Assembly: GCF_006345805.1 (NCBI RefSeq)
Contig: NC_042997.1
Span: 162,254,001-162,318,000 of the forward strand
Direction of reading: 5' to 3'
DNA length: 64,000 bases
From: Octopus sinensis
Lineage: Eukaryota
Below, one piece after another: positions 50,088 to 62,850 of the stretch (positions are counted from its first letter, which is position 1; each line of letters begins with the position of its first letter). The position numbers and the translations under genes were made by a program. Below the pieces are notes generated by a model, which saw only the letters and a list, made by a program, of their open reading frames with translations, was not told the DNA's origin and did no database searches.

Positions 50088-50110
50088 TGCATGTATGTAC
50101 GTATGTATGT
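48486..50110. repeat. (TATG)n arrays containing a 127-bp unique segment duplicated at 455-bp spacing (49275-49401, 49730-49856)
   Basis: gtgagcgtgcatgtatgtgaatattcag...aacagggtattttt is identical twice; microsatellite interruption patterns also repeat. Confidence 0.92.
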
Positions 50111-51605
50111 GCAGTATTTTCGGTTTTAATTCTTCCCACTAAGAAGTTAGTTCTGACAAAGAAAGAAAGCTTAATCGCTGGAATTGGATACCCAGAAAGG
50201 TGCTAAACGCTGAACTCTAGAAAATTCTTGCATATGTTTACTGCTCTGTTTACACATTGTGTTTGTAAGGTGCATGCTAATTGGTTACTTTGTTTACCTG
50301 AAAATGATAGTTTTCAAGAATGAAACATTTACTAACATAACCAAATGCACCAATAATGATTATACGATGTAAATGTGAATTTATAATAAGGTTTGAGAAG
50401 TTGCAAGTTTTGAAGCAGTTGCCTACAAATATTCTCCTTGTCACTGATTAGGGATAAGATGTTCACACGTTGATATCTGCTGATATCAACGACCAAACAT
50501 AATTTCTCCTTCCTGCGTATGTGTATTTATTGTGTGTGTGTGTGTGTGTGTGGAGGGGTGTGTGAACGTGCATGTGCATATATCAAAATGCAGCAAAAGA
50601 AAGCAAATGTGTCTAGTTCATTTTAAATAAAATTTTAAAATATCTTTCGTTCAAAATAGAAACTGCACAAACTCAAAATACAAACCAAATCATAAAAAAA
50701 AATGGATGCATCTTTTGTGTATGAAACGTCACTCAAATTTAAATTACTAAAACAACAATAAGCTTTGTTAAATAAATATGCACACAATATCATAAAAACA
50801 TAATGATTATCTATAACTATAGCTCTAAAAATGACCATTACCCTATGAAAATCGATCGAATTAATTGCAAATAATTTATATAGGTTTTTAAGGCTACATT
50901 CACGGACTGGTTTACATTAGACAATATTGCCTACAACGATATACTGTAGATCAAAAGAATTTGAAACGCGATCCTCAAACTTATTATGTGTGGTTCCCGA
51001 GATGATTTTGGCTTTCAGTGTTACTTTTCCTAAAGCAGCCTTGACATCCTGCCAGCTGTGGAACTGAAGACTTGATAGAAGCCTTTGCAGTGATTAGGAG
51101 TCCAAACGCGAAAAAAGCAGTTCACGGACTTGATTAAGCCACAATCGCATCATACAACTTTCACAAGAACAACCTAAAAATCGACCAATCAGCTTGAAGC
51201 TATCGTGTGAACAGCATCTCGAATGTTCTCGAATGTTTTTTCCTACTTTAGCAGGTTGGCCTATCACAGTAGAGCGTTGTTGGTATTCAGCCAGGACAAA
51301 AATCGGTTTTCATCTTAACGTGCGGCGGACACACATCTTTTGTCATTGGTTTTTCAGATAGCAAATAGCCGAACAAACGCAGTTAAGTCAGTTCTTACAT
51401 ATTATTCGGATAACCAGTGAAACATTGATAATTTATGTACGATACGTGTACAATCTTCTCTTAATAAAAATATGTTGTTAAACATTTGCGAGTTTGCTTT
51501 TGTGGACATATATGCAGCCAGTCTGATCTTACATTCAGTTAATAAAGATACAACATCAATCTTTCTCACGACAACTCGTTCCCATAAAGATTATAAAGAT
51601 TGGTG

Positions 51606-51700
51606 ACTCACCGAAGAAAGATCTACAACGAACAACAACAGGACCCCTTCAATGAGCAATCATTAATCAATATACTTAAGTAAGATTGTAGTCATATATA
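51606..51700 (-). promoter_or_regulatory. Candidate reflectin TATA box, short non-coding exon 1 and donor
   Basis: Minus strand TATATATG at about 51700-51693 and CG|GTGAGT donor at 51612/51611. Caveat: the donor overlaps a palindromic AP-1-like site (GGTGACTCACC). Confidence 0.35.
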
Positions 51701-53182
51701 TTCTTTTCCTAAATATAATTTAAGAAATATTTTTGTGGATTTTAAGTACAAAAAAATGCCACATATGTCTCGTATCTAAAACTCGCCCATTTCTGCTATA
51801 GATTATGATACCAGGGACAATTTGAATGTTAACTGAAATATTAAAATGGCAGGAGGAATATTTTATTTTATATTGCAATTGGTGAAAAATAGTGTCACTA
51901 GTTACATGCTTCCAACAGGATATTCATTGGGCCAATGAAATTCCGACATTTTTGCATATAATTATTTATGATAATAAAGTTATAATTACCTCCACGAACC
52001 ACACACACACACACACATACACACACAGAGAAAGAAACAAAAACTCTAAAGAAAGCATTCGATAGTACGACTTGGTCAGCTAATATGTCAATTTATTGCA
52101 ATTATTTCTTAATTGTCTTCTGCGTGTTTTCTACTGTGAATTGAAAGGAAGTTTGTAAAATTAAAGAAACACAAGGAAAATGAGATTTGATGCCAATACG
52201 AAAGTAAATACTGTTTAGCAAAATCTTCACCTCTTCTGGGTCCACACCATCAACATTGCACATTAGAAGGCAAAAATATAAAGCTCCAATACGCAATACG
52301 TTAAAGAATGAATATAGAAATCACCGAACACGTTCTAAGCTTTCATATATTTGTATTTTGTAAAGATTAGAGATTTTACCTATTATTATTCTTGTATGTT
52401 TAAGTGGCTAACGTGTATAATTAATGAATAGCACATAGTTATAAATTAGTAGCTATGAAATTAATCTGAAATGAAAATGAATTGAAACTGGAGAACAGCT
52501 ATGTATGAAAAAAAATGCAAATTAGAACTGAATATTTGCAAAATGTAAAGAATATAATAATTTATACTGAATTATTGTAACTGAATTAATAACAAAATAA
52601 AGGAATATGCTTTATAATATAATCAAAGACAAAAGATAGATATAAACTAGCACAGAAACGGTAAAACATAGAAAATATATATCAGTTACTAAGAGAAGAA
52701 ACATTTGGAACAATTAGCACTGTATTACTATTAGTAATTGTAATCAAATTGTCTCACCTTAAGAAGAGCCGAAGTTTCTCAATCGAGATGACGAGTAACA
52801 GAACACTTGTTCTTGGAATGATTTAGGAAAGATATTTTCCACTTTATATATCTTTACAACGATAATTAAAATGCTGTGGCAGATTAATTAGTTAATTATA
52901 TAAGAAGTATTTAACAAGTGTATGTTTAATGACTAGCTAAACTTAGTAATTTGATTAACTTTCATAAAAAATGAAACAAAATAGTTTTTTTTTAAATATT
53001 ACAAAGAACGCTGTATTTTTTGTAAATGGCAAAGATATTTTCAGTTTTTATTCTGAACGTTGAATGTTTCATATTTTATTTAGTAATCTTTATTGCTGAA
53101 ATAGATCGTTCTTATTGATATAACTGGTTTTACAATTAGTGTCATCCACTTTAAATATTTCACATATTTACGGAGGATCGTA

Positions 53183-53830
53183 GTTTCGATTCCCAGACCG
53201 GGCGTTGTGTGGGTTTATTGAGCGAAAACACCTAAAACTCCACGAGGCTCCGGCAGGGGGTAGTGGTGACACCTGTTGTACAAAATGGCAATGCTCCAGC
53301 ATGGCCACAGCTCGTGAGCTGAAACTAGATAAAATTAAAAAAAAAAACTCAAAAATATACCTTAACTAATCATGTTTGTATTAAGGTAAAAAAAATAACT
53401 GTATCCTTATCAATATTCGGAAGACCGCGGTTTCGATTCCCAGACCGGGCGTTGTGTGGGTTTATTGAACGAAAGCACCTAAAACTCCGTGAGGCTCCGA
53501 CAGGGAGTAGTGGCGACCCCTGTTGTACAAAATGGCAATGCCGCAGCATGGCCACAGCTCGTGAGCTGAAACCAGATAAAATAAAACAAAAAAACTCGAA
53601 AATATACCTTAACTAATCATGTTTGTATTAAGGTAAAAAAAATAACTGTATCCTTATCAATATTCGGAAGATCGCGGTTTCGATTCCCAGACCGGGCGTT
53701 GTGTGGGTTTATTGAACGAAAGCACCTAAAACTCCGTGAGGCTCCGGCAGGGGGTAGTGGCGATCCCTGTTGTACAAAATGGCGGTGCCCCAGCATGGCC
53801 ACAGCCCGTAAGCTGAAACTAGATAAAATA
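53183..53830 (+). repeat. 3 x 247-bp tandem array of a headless SINE (family 3) plus flank
   Basis: gtttcgattcccagaccgggcgttgtg starts at 53183, 53430 and 53677. Confidence 0.92.
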
Positions 53831-54559
53831 AAAAATAAAATAAAATAAAAAAAATATAAGACAAAGAGAATAATAGGTTTATTTTCCAATTTAGTTGCAA
53901 TACAATCATAGTATCCTAAGAAATACATTCGTCTTGCTTTTACAATGCATAATATTCAACATTTTATGGAAATAAATTATATTAAAGATATGATTTTTAA
54001 CCACTTTATGCTTCTTCTGGACCGGCTTCATTCATAGAAGAAAAATGGTTTCAACTGAAATTGTAACTGTTGTAACATTGTTCCAATTAGTATCTGACAT
54101 ACAAAATAGTTATGACTAGTTTATACACCTTTAAATAATAGGGTGAATTTTACATTGATAACAGATATACTTATCAGTGGTCAAGAAATAGTTGTGTGTT
54201 ACCAACACAGGCAAACAAATATACTTTCAAACAAAACATAAGAAGCTTAGATATTTTACGAAATCTTATTAAATACATAAAGCAAGTTTGCATGCCTTTT
54301 TATGTTTAAATGTCTACATAAGTTTTTAAAGCTGATTTCGGCTCTGTTATTAGATTTTTTCCCATCACATCTAGTTTTTCAGTAATAAAGTTTTTTTTTG
54401 AAATTATGGTATCAGAGAATCAGATGACAGTGACTATCTGATTTATTTTGCTCAACAAAATAGATCGCGATAAACCAATGCTGACCAAATATTAGTAAAA
54501 GTAAAATAGCAGCCAATGTAAAGTTTATTAAACAGTTGTTGGCAACTCTGACAGACGAC

Positions 54560-56330
54560 GTGGGCCTTGAAAAGCTGTGTACACGATTGCTAACTCATGC
54601 TTTAGTTTTGTTTTAGTAGTTCTAGAGGTAAGTCGTTGGTGATATTTACTTATAAACTCCATTTAAAATGAATGCATATAGATATAATCCAGACATATTC
54701 TGCTATATTAGTGGCAGATATGTTGTCATCAAGCAGAAACAAAACACAACTGATCTTGTAAAAAATCTATATTTTGCTTATTTGGGTGTAAACTCGGTGA
54801 TGAAGACAAACCTTGGGATCCACACAAAGTATATCACATTTGTGTGGAAGGGCTGAGATTCTGAAAAGCCGGTAAGAAAAAAGAAATGCCCTTTGGCATA
54901 CCGATAGTGTGGCGAGAGCCGAGTAACCACGCTGACGATTGTTATTTCTACATTAGTAAAGTTGATGCGTATAGTGCAAAAAATAAACATAAGATAGTGT
55001 ATTATAGTATTCCTTCAGTTATACGGCATATAGCACATGGGGTTGACATTCCAGTTCCTCTCCTCCACTTGCTTTGAAGAATGTCACATCAGATAGTATC
55101 GAAGAAGGTAATGACTGCACTCCTGACAAAATCGAAAGTCCGAAGTTATTTAACAGGAAGAGCTCAATGATTTGGGGAGAGATTTGAACTTAGCAAAGGA
55201 TGCAGCGGAACTTCTTGGTTCTAGACTAAAAAATGAAAAAAAGCTTTTGTTACCGGGAACCTTCTTCTCTTGGTATCATCACAGGGAACATGAATTGTTA
55301 CCATTCTTTGCTGAGGATGAATCAGTAGTGCTTTGCTATAATATTCCAACCCTGCTAAACTATTTTGAGATCGAGAGCAATCCCTCAGAACGGCGGCTAT
55401 TCACTGATTCCTCCCATGTAAATGGGACAGCAGAGCTAAAGAAAAGCACTGGATGGTTAAAAACTGGCCACAAAGGAAAAGTTTGTTACCTGGATCCAAA
55501 AGCAGTCAGCATGAGCCATTGATTGAATCTACAAAAGTACTGCGACCACCTTTGCACATCAAACTGGGTTTGATGAAACAGTTCGTTAAATCTTTGCCTG
55601 CAGACGGACCATGTTTGCAGTATCTATCAAAAAATTCCCAAATACAACCAGTGAGAAAATTAAAGCAGAAATATTTGTGGGTCCAGATTATGAGAAATCT
55701 ATGAATGAATCTCAAAAACAGGCATGGGTGAGCTTCAAGTATGTTGTCGAGAACTTTTTTGGGAAACAATAAGTGTCCAAATTACAAAGTCATAGTTGAT
55801 ACAATGTTACAAAATTTGAGTGCAACATGAATGTTAAAATGCACTTTCTTCACTCACACCTTGACTATTTCTCGGAGTACCTTGGTAATCTAAGTGAAGA
55901 GCACGGTGAGAGATTTCACTAGGACATTAAAGAAATGGAACGGAGGTACCAAGGGGGTGGAATGTAAACATTATGGTGGAGTGCTGCTAGACCATAAAGA
56001 GAGACTGCAAGCAACTACCAAAAGCTGGAAGAAAATGAAAGTAAAAGAAGTTTGAAAAATAGTAAAAATAATTTAAAGCCATGGTATGTGCATTAAAAAA
56101 TATATTTAGTCAATATATAGGCCTACATACTACTCATATCTTTTTTATTATTGTTCTATATCATTTGTTCTTAACTTCATCATACCTTTATCTAAAAGTT
56201 TGCTACTAAATAGAATGAATGGCAAGAAAAATCATGTCTTTGGCAGCCATTTGTACAAACTCTGTACGTGATAGGCAAAAACTAAAAGCATATTTGAAAT
56301 CAGCGTTAGCAAATGGTTCAGAATCACCTA
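54560..56330 (+). mobile_element. DNA transposon relic, Chapaev3/CMC-like transposase
   Basis: PDIFCYISG; MPFGIPIVWREPSNHADDCYF; RDLNLAKDAAELLGSRLK; PPLHIKLGLMKQFVK; MHFLHSHLDYF...SEEHGERFH*DIKEMERRYQG. Superfamily assigned from recalled motifs; frameshifted. Confidence 0.7.
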
Positions 56331-57544
56331 TAAGTAGACAAATATCGTTTACTTCATTTAAAAATGAAGACTTGTGAATCATAACTACTAATTTCTGTTA
56401 TTGGGCATTTTAATGAATGAAATGGAATCCCACTACTTTTAAGTCAAGAATAGTTACTGAGTTAATAAATAACTGACCGGATTAGAATACATTATTGAAC
56501 ACATGTGACAGGAATATAACACAAACATGAATATCCATGTTGTAAACATGGCTCACCTGCACAACCACACAGCAAGCAGGCAGACAATATAGTCATGCCA
56601 ATACAATGAGGTACAATGGAGATATCTGATCTGAAATTTCAGAGGCACACGGTGAGAAGATGATGCACGTAGTCAAAGACTTTGCATACTGATGTTATCA
56701 AGGAAGAGTTAACACTGATAAGTGACCAAACATAGCTTGTTTGTCAGTGTGTCATAGATGTGGCTTAACTACAACCGTGGAGTTTAGAAAGGACATTTGG
56801 AAGGAGCATATTGTGGCTTAATTGTCGAATGTTTAAGGAGTTCACTCAGTTACCTCGAAGACCCGGGTCTGATTATGTGACATTTTGGGAAAATGCCTTT
56901 TTCTACAGTCTCGAATTGAAACCAAGTCTTATGAGCGAAATTATATAGGCAAAACCATATGGAAGTCTACAGTCCATCATCCTGTTTCTGCCCAAGAAGT
57001 ACGTTAGAAATACAGGAGTCTGTAGAAGATTTAAAGTTTGGTCAATTGAACTGCAATTCAAAGAGTAGATGGTTCTGCCGATCGAACAACTAGATATTCA
57101 TCGTTGAAACCAATAAATAACCATTTATTTCACAGTGGTATTCTTCGTAAGACAATAAATGGATATATCCATAACATTTGCAAACAACAGCTTCTTGCAA
57201 AAACATAAAAGGGAACTGAAAAAATAAATGTCAAATGTCATAGTAAAAAAAGAGCAGTCATTAGAGCAATTATACAGGAGACGTGAGGACTGTGTAGGCT
57301 TGCAATACAAACAGTATAATACAATCAATTGCTCAGCTATATCAAAAGATCACTTTCTGAAGATAAGCACGTATCTTTGCATTACTTATACAACAGTCGT
57401 CGGACACTAATAATCTGTTTACAAGATGTGGTCATGTCCATAACATAATCCAACAATGTAGAAAGAATAAAACAGGACAAACTAAAATATCGTAACAGCT
57501 GCTACTCTGAAAACATTTCAACATGACACCACCGTTTACACATA

Positions 57545-57759
57545 CGAGGGGATACTGAAAAGTTCCTGGCTTTGAGTGAAAGAAAATACAGGAGGATCAA
57601 TTAATTATGATTTTATTAAACATATTCCCCTCCCAGATTCACACATTTATTGCAGTGGTTTTCAATTTTTCTAAGCCCTGTGAAAGAACTCAGAAGGTTG
57701 AGGCTCTAACCAGGCCTTTCGCGACACCCTTAAAGCCAGGAACTTTTCAGCACCCATCA
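57545..57759. mobile_element. Mariner-derived MITE (215 bp, TA flanks)
   Basis: TIRs cgaggggatactgaaaagttcctggcttt and aaagccaggaacttttcagcacccatca; TA at both ends. Confidence 0.85.
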
Positions 57760-58394
57760 TATTCTTTGAAAAAGAACTTGTTTATTAGCAGTTTTGGCTA
57801 TTTGGTTATCGCAAAATCAGATATTACTGCTATCGTACACAGAGTTTCCAGAACATTAAATATCCAGTTGTAAATATTGGGGTAAAAGTAGTCTTTGTTA
57901 TTCATGTGGTCGTTCAAATCGAAAAATAAAATGTATTTTGGAAGACTTACTCCTATATGATAATATTTATTACTCCTGAAGAATGTAGAAGTAAAGAAAT
58001 GCGTCAGTTGTTACACATCAAAGTTTGGTGACTCAGAATTAATCACAAAGTAGAATGAAGTAGAAAAAAGGATTGCATAAATGTTTGGTTGCTGAATCTA
58101 ACAATAATATTCACTTGTATTATCTCTATTTCTGAGAGAATATTGACTGAATGTAATAGGATTTGTTTGTTGTTATTGATTACACCTCGAGAAGTTATGT
58201 ATTTTTGCATGAAGTAATATACGCGTTGCTATTGATTTCTCTCCAGATTTTAAAACTTAAAACGGTCTTGATTTACATTTTTTCATTGTTTTTGTCTGAT
58301 TGAAATCGGCAAGACTAACACAATCACTCATTGAACACTACGTACCATCACATACAGATTTTTTGTAGAATTTGAAAATGTTCTTTTCTACCCT

Positions 58395-58932
58395 AAGCAC
58401 AAGGCTTGAAATTTTGGGGGAGGGGGCCAGTCGATTACACCGACCCCAGTGCGCAACTGGTACTTAATTTATCGACCCCGAAAGGATGAAAGGCAGAGTC
58501 GACTTCGGCGGAATTTGAACTCAGAACGTAAAGACGGACGAAATACCTATTTCTTTACTACCCACAAGGTGCTAAACACAGAAGGAACAAACAAGGACAG
58601 ACAAACGGATTAAGTCGATTATATCGACACCAGTGCGTAACTGGTACTTATTTAATCGGCCCCGAAAGGATGGAAGGCAAAGTCGACCTCGGCGGAATTT
58701 GAACTCAGAACGTAGCGGCAGACGAAATACCTATTTCTTTACTACCCACAAGGGACTAAACACAAAGAGGACAAACAAACGGATTAAGTTGATTATATCG
58801 ACACCAGTGCGTAACTGGTACTTATTTAATCGACCCCGAAAGGATGAAAGGCAAAGTCGACCTCGGCAGAATTTGAACTCAGAACGTAACGGCAGACAAA
58901 ATACGGCTGCGCATTTCGCCCAGCGTGCTAAC
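58395..58932 (-). mobile_element. Family-1 SINE trimer (one head, three cores)
   Basis: aaatac anchors at 58541, 58725 and 58899; the head appears only at 58905-58932. Confidence 0.9.
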
Positions 58933-59495
58933 GTTTCTGCCAGCTCGCCGCCTAATGAATGTATATGATATTGGTTATATACATGGTGAGTTTTGCTTTG
59001 TGTTAATTGCAAAATGGTTGAAATTTGAATAAATTTAGCAATGTTTATTGTTAAATAGAGAGGAGATGAATGATTGTTAATTCCTACGGAATTAAAGCAA
59101 AACTGCAAATAAGGATGCAGAATTCAAAGATTTGGGGATTAAAGATTAGGAAATAGGAAGAGGTAGTAATATTCGTTGACATTCTTGGTAGAAATCGTCC
59201 GATTACATGACATCAAATAGAAAGAGTTGATCCACAACACTTGTGTATTCTCTTGATGGTCATTTCATATAAATTTTGTTTGCGGGTGAAATCCTCAAGA
59301 TGAAGACGATGGCTTTTTTTTTTTAGTTGTTGTCTATATTATTGCTTTTTTTAGTTGTCTATTTTATTGCTTTTACGGTAGAGATGAACTTTCAGTAAAT
59401 TATTCCAAAATTATTTAGTTTGTGAGCCTTGTAGTGGTGTTTGATGTTCAGTGACATATTGAGAAAGATTGCTTCAATTGCTTATGCTGGATGTT

Positions 59496-59693
59496 CGAGG
59501 AGTGCTGAAAATTTCCAGGCTTTAAATGTGTCATAAAAGGCCTGGTCGGAGGCCCAATCTTCCGAATTCTTGTTCAAGGATTAGAAAAACCGAAGGACCT
59601 TTGTAACAAGTGAATGAATCTGAGAGGGGAATATGTTCAATAAAATCATACTTTTCTCTTACCCAAAGCCAAGAACTTTTCAATATCTCTTTG
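59496..59693. mobile_element. Second, more decayed copy of the 57545 MITE, opposite orientation
   Basis: cgaggagtgctgaaaatttccaggcttt...aaagccaagaacttttcaatatctc; interior is the reverse complement of the 57545 copy. Confidence 0.7.
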
Positions 59694-59829
59694 CAAATGA
59701 AATATATTTTCTGTCATGAGTGACTTTCATACATTTGACAAACATCTAAGTATCGGACTTCTTTGATATTTTGTCAGAGTTTGAAATGTGATGAAGTAGT
59801 AATCAGATTTAATATTTATCGATATTAAG

Positions 59830-60026
59830 ACGGCAATGTGCTCGAATCGTTAGCACGCCGGACAAAATGCTTAGCATTTAATTTAGAGATTTAATTCCGC
59901 CGAGGTCGACTTTGCATTTTCATCCTTTCGGATGAAGTAAGTACCAGCTGAACACTTGGGTAGATGTAATCGACTTGTCCGTTCCCCGAACTTGCTGATC
60001 TTGTGCCAAAATTTGAAATTAATATT
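59830..60026 (+). mobile_element. Family-1 SINE, diverged
   Basis: gaatcgttagcacgccggacaaaatgc...cgaggtcgactttgcattttcatcc...tgtgccaaaatttgaaa. Confidence 0.8.
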
Positions 60027-60250
60027 TACCTATTTCTTAATTACCCACAAGGGGATAAACACAGAGAGGACAAACAAGGACAGACATAGGTATTAAGTCG
60101 ATTACATCGACCCCAGTGCGTAACTGGTACTTAATTTATCGACCCCGAAAGGATGAAAGGCAAAGTCGACCTCGGCGGAATTTGAACTCACAACGTAACG
60201 GCAGACGAAATACCGCTAAGCATTTCGCCCGGCGTGCTAACGTTTCTGCC
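60027..60250 (-). mobile_element. Family-1 SINE, near full length, tail-to-tail with the previous copy
   Basis: Reverse complement of the 37758-37990 copy. Confidence 0.9.
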
Positions 60251-61242
60251 TTAATATTTACCGATATGGTAAAATTATTTAAACAGTGACGTGTACGTAA
60301 CCATTGTGCAACACTGTAAAGAATGCTGTTTGAGAGAGTTTGATCGTATCAGTAAGTCTATCAACTGTAAACTATTGGATGAACTAAGTGGACTATAGAG
60401 GTAAGAGAAATGTTGAACGTGTGAGAAATTAGACTAAGCAGTTGAAAAAGTCACATCATTTCCTTTGAGTAAGATACCAGCATCAGGTATCTTAGAGTTA
60501 CCTGATGCAGGTAAGATTTTCGTAATTCTGCTCTAGCTGAGAGTAGGTACCAATCACAAGATAAGGAATAAAAATATCTTGAATATGTTAACTGAAGGAA
60601 TATCTTTCCAAGATGTCCCATAAGAACTCTGAGACCAAATTATTTGTCTACGAGTTGAAATGGTAAGATTTTGCATTTTTACAAAAAATTGTTACATTTA
60701 TTCAGGCATACCTATTGTTTGAAAGTATAGAAGCAGAGACCATATTAACAATGAAAACAAGCAATAAATTAGATCGTTAACAGATTTTACTAGCCCTGTT
60801 TGGCCTCCAATCTCTCCACAGTAAACCACAATAAACCGCAATAATATAAAACGACACACTTTACATTATCACAGGTTGAACGTATGTGGAATAGATTTTG
60901 TCGCCGCAGCAAAATTTAAACCTTACAAAACCTGCAACCAGATGAAATGTCATTTCCAAACAACCAAATACATATGAAACACTATAGAATATTACTATTA
61001 CAAGTCAGTGTTAGCGCCTCAATGTGAATGCTCGACCGGTTAGAAATAACAGACAAATCTGCATCACCTTATCGTCTTGAAAAAAAAAGAGAGAAAAAAG
61101 AAAAAAATGACACTTTAAATAATGTTGTTCTGGGTTCCCTGCACATAGTAAAATGGCGGAATGATGATGGTCTGAATACCTTTGATTATAGATCTGCTTA
61201 AGCAGCAACAATAGCTGCAACAGCAACAGCAGCAACCACTAC

Positions 61243-61315
61243 GCTATATGCCCGCGGTAAAGAGCGCGGGCTACTAACCCCAAGGATTCCGAGTTTGATT
61301 CCAGGCAGTGAACTG

Positions 61316-61404
<89 letters not shown>

Positions 61405-61418
61405 TGATGATGATGATG

Positions 61419-61453
<35 letters not shown>

Positions 61454-61478
61454 AATAATGATAGCAATAATAATAATA

Positions 61479-61562
<84 letters not shown>

Positions 61563-61890
61563 TGATGATGATGATGATGATGAGGATGATGATGATGATG
61601 ATGAGATGATGATGATGATAATAATGATAGCAATAATAATAATAATATAATAATAATAATAATAATAATAATATAATAATAATAATAATATAATAATAAT
61701 AATAATAATAATAACATCGAAAAATACCTTAGGAATGAGAACCCAGGTTCGAAATTTCCACAAGACATCTGATGAAGGCTGGGGGGTATATTAGCCGAAA
61801 CGTTGTGCTAACAACAAACAAGATGAGGACAACTATCCGTCAAATGTAAATGATGTAAATAATGTACATAATTCCTCATCTCTTAAATAT
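61243..61890 (+). mobile_element. tRNA-headed, microsatellite-filled, hammerhead-tailed SINE (family A), long copy
   Basis: Head agagcgcgggctactaaccccaaggattccgagtttgattcc; about 380 bp of (CTA)/(AAT)/(GAT) repeats; then the family-A tail with hammerhead. Confidence 0.75.
61764..61809 (+). ncRNA. Type I minimal hammerhead ribozyme with intact core
   Basis: CAU-CUGAUGA-A-GGCUG(gggggua uau)UAGCC-GAAA-CG-UU^-GUG; stem III palindrome AACGUU; predicted cut 61804/61805; stem I only 3 bp. Confidence 0.62.
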
Positions 61891-62033
61891 ATAAATGTAA
61901 AAGAATATATATAAAGAAATTATGTAATGCTTTATAATTTCTTTATATATCATAGCTTTCTTTGTTCTATATTTTTGGAGCTGCATGTAAACATACATAT
62001 CAAGCCAAATTTATGTTTATCTTCCTGAATGCC

Positions 62034-62065
<32 letters not shown>

Positions 62066-62104
62066 TGTATGTATGTATGTATGTATGTATGTATGTATGT
62101 ATGT

Positions 62105-62146
<42 letters not shown>

Positions 62147-62168
62147 GGTGTCGATAGGTGATATATAG

Positions 62169-62229
<61 letters not shown>

Positions 62230-62484
62230 GTGTGAGTGATTGTGTATAGAAGAATATATTAATAAAAAGAATTCCAACCTTGTCTGATTTTCACGTTTTA
62301 TTTACAATCTTATAATGATATATTATAAGATAATATATTATAATTGAATAAAATAAAATGAAATAGTAGAATGTTAAATGTTCATTCTGATTGAACTAGT
62401 ACTTTCATGCATTGAATTCTGCAATCTTCGGGTTCATGTAGTAGTGTTGACAGTCATGCTTCACAATTTTATATATATATATGT

Positions 62485-62790
62485 ATCAGCGTGACCGATC
62501 AGGCTATCAGATGTTGGTACACATCGTTGGTCACAATGCGCTTCGTATTGTTTTAGCCTTCAAATGACGCCACCCCGCTAGCAAAGCGAGCAGGCTCACA
62601 GAGGAAAAAGTGAGAGAAAGTTGTGGCGAAGGAGTACAGCAGGGATCGTCCCCCCGCCCCTACCGGAGCCTCCTGGAGCTTTAGGTGTTTTCGTTCAATA
62701 AACACTCACAACGCCCGGTCTGGGAATCGAAACCGTGATCCTACGACCGCGAGTCCGCTACCCTAACCACCGGGCCATTGCGCATCCACA
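62485..62790 (-). mobile_element. tRNA-derived SINE, family 3, near full length
   Basis: Minus strand A box tggcccggtggttagg, B box ggtttcgattcc; body shared with the 53183 array. Confidence 0.85.
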
Positions 62791-62850
62791 TGTATATATA
62801 TATGTGTGTGTGTGAGTGTGTGTGTATGTATATGCAGACATACATATACA

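Noticed and set aside
52102-52296. ORF MRIGALYFCLLMCNVDG... resembling a signal peptide
   Set aside because: It starts at TTG, is only 64 codons of T-rich DNA, and has no recognisable domain or good splice sites.
53183-53830. Regularly spaced repeats (also 58395-58932) as a CRISPR-like array
   Set aside because: Units are 174-247 bp of SINE sequence without unique spacers, the DNA is eukaryotic, and there are no cas genes.
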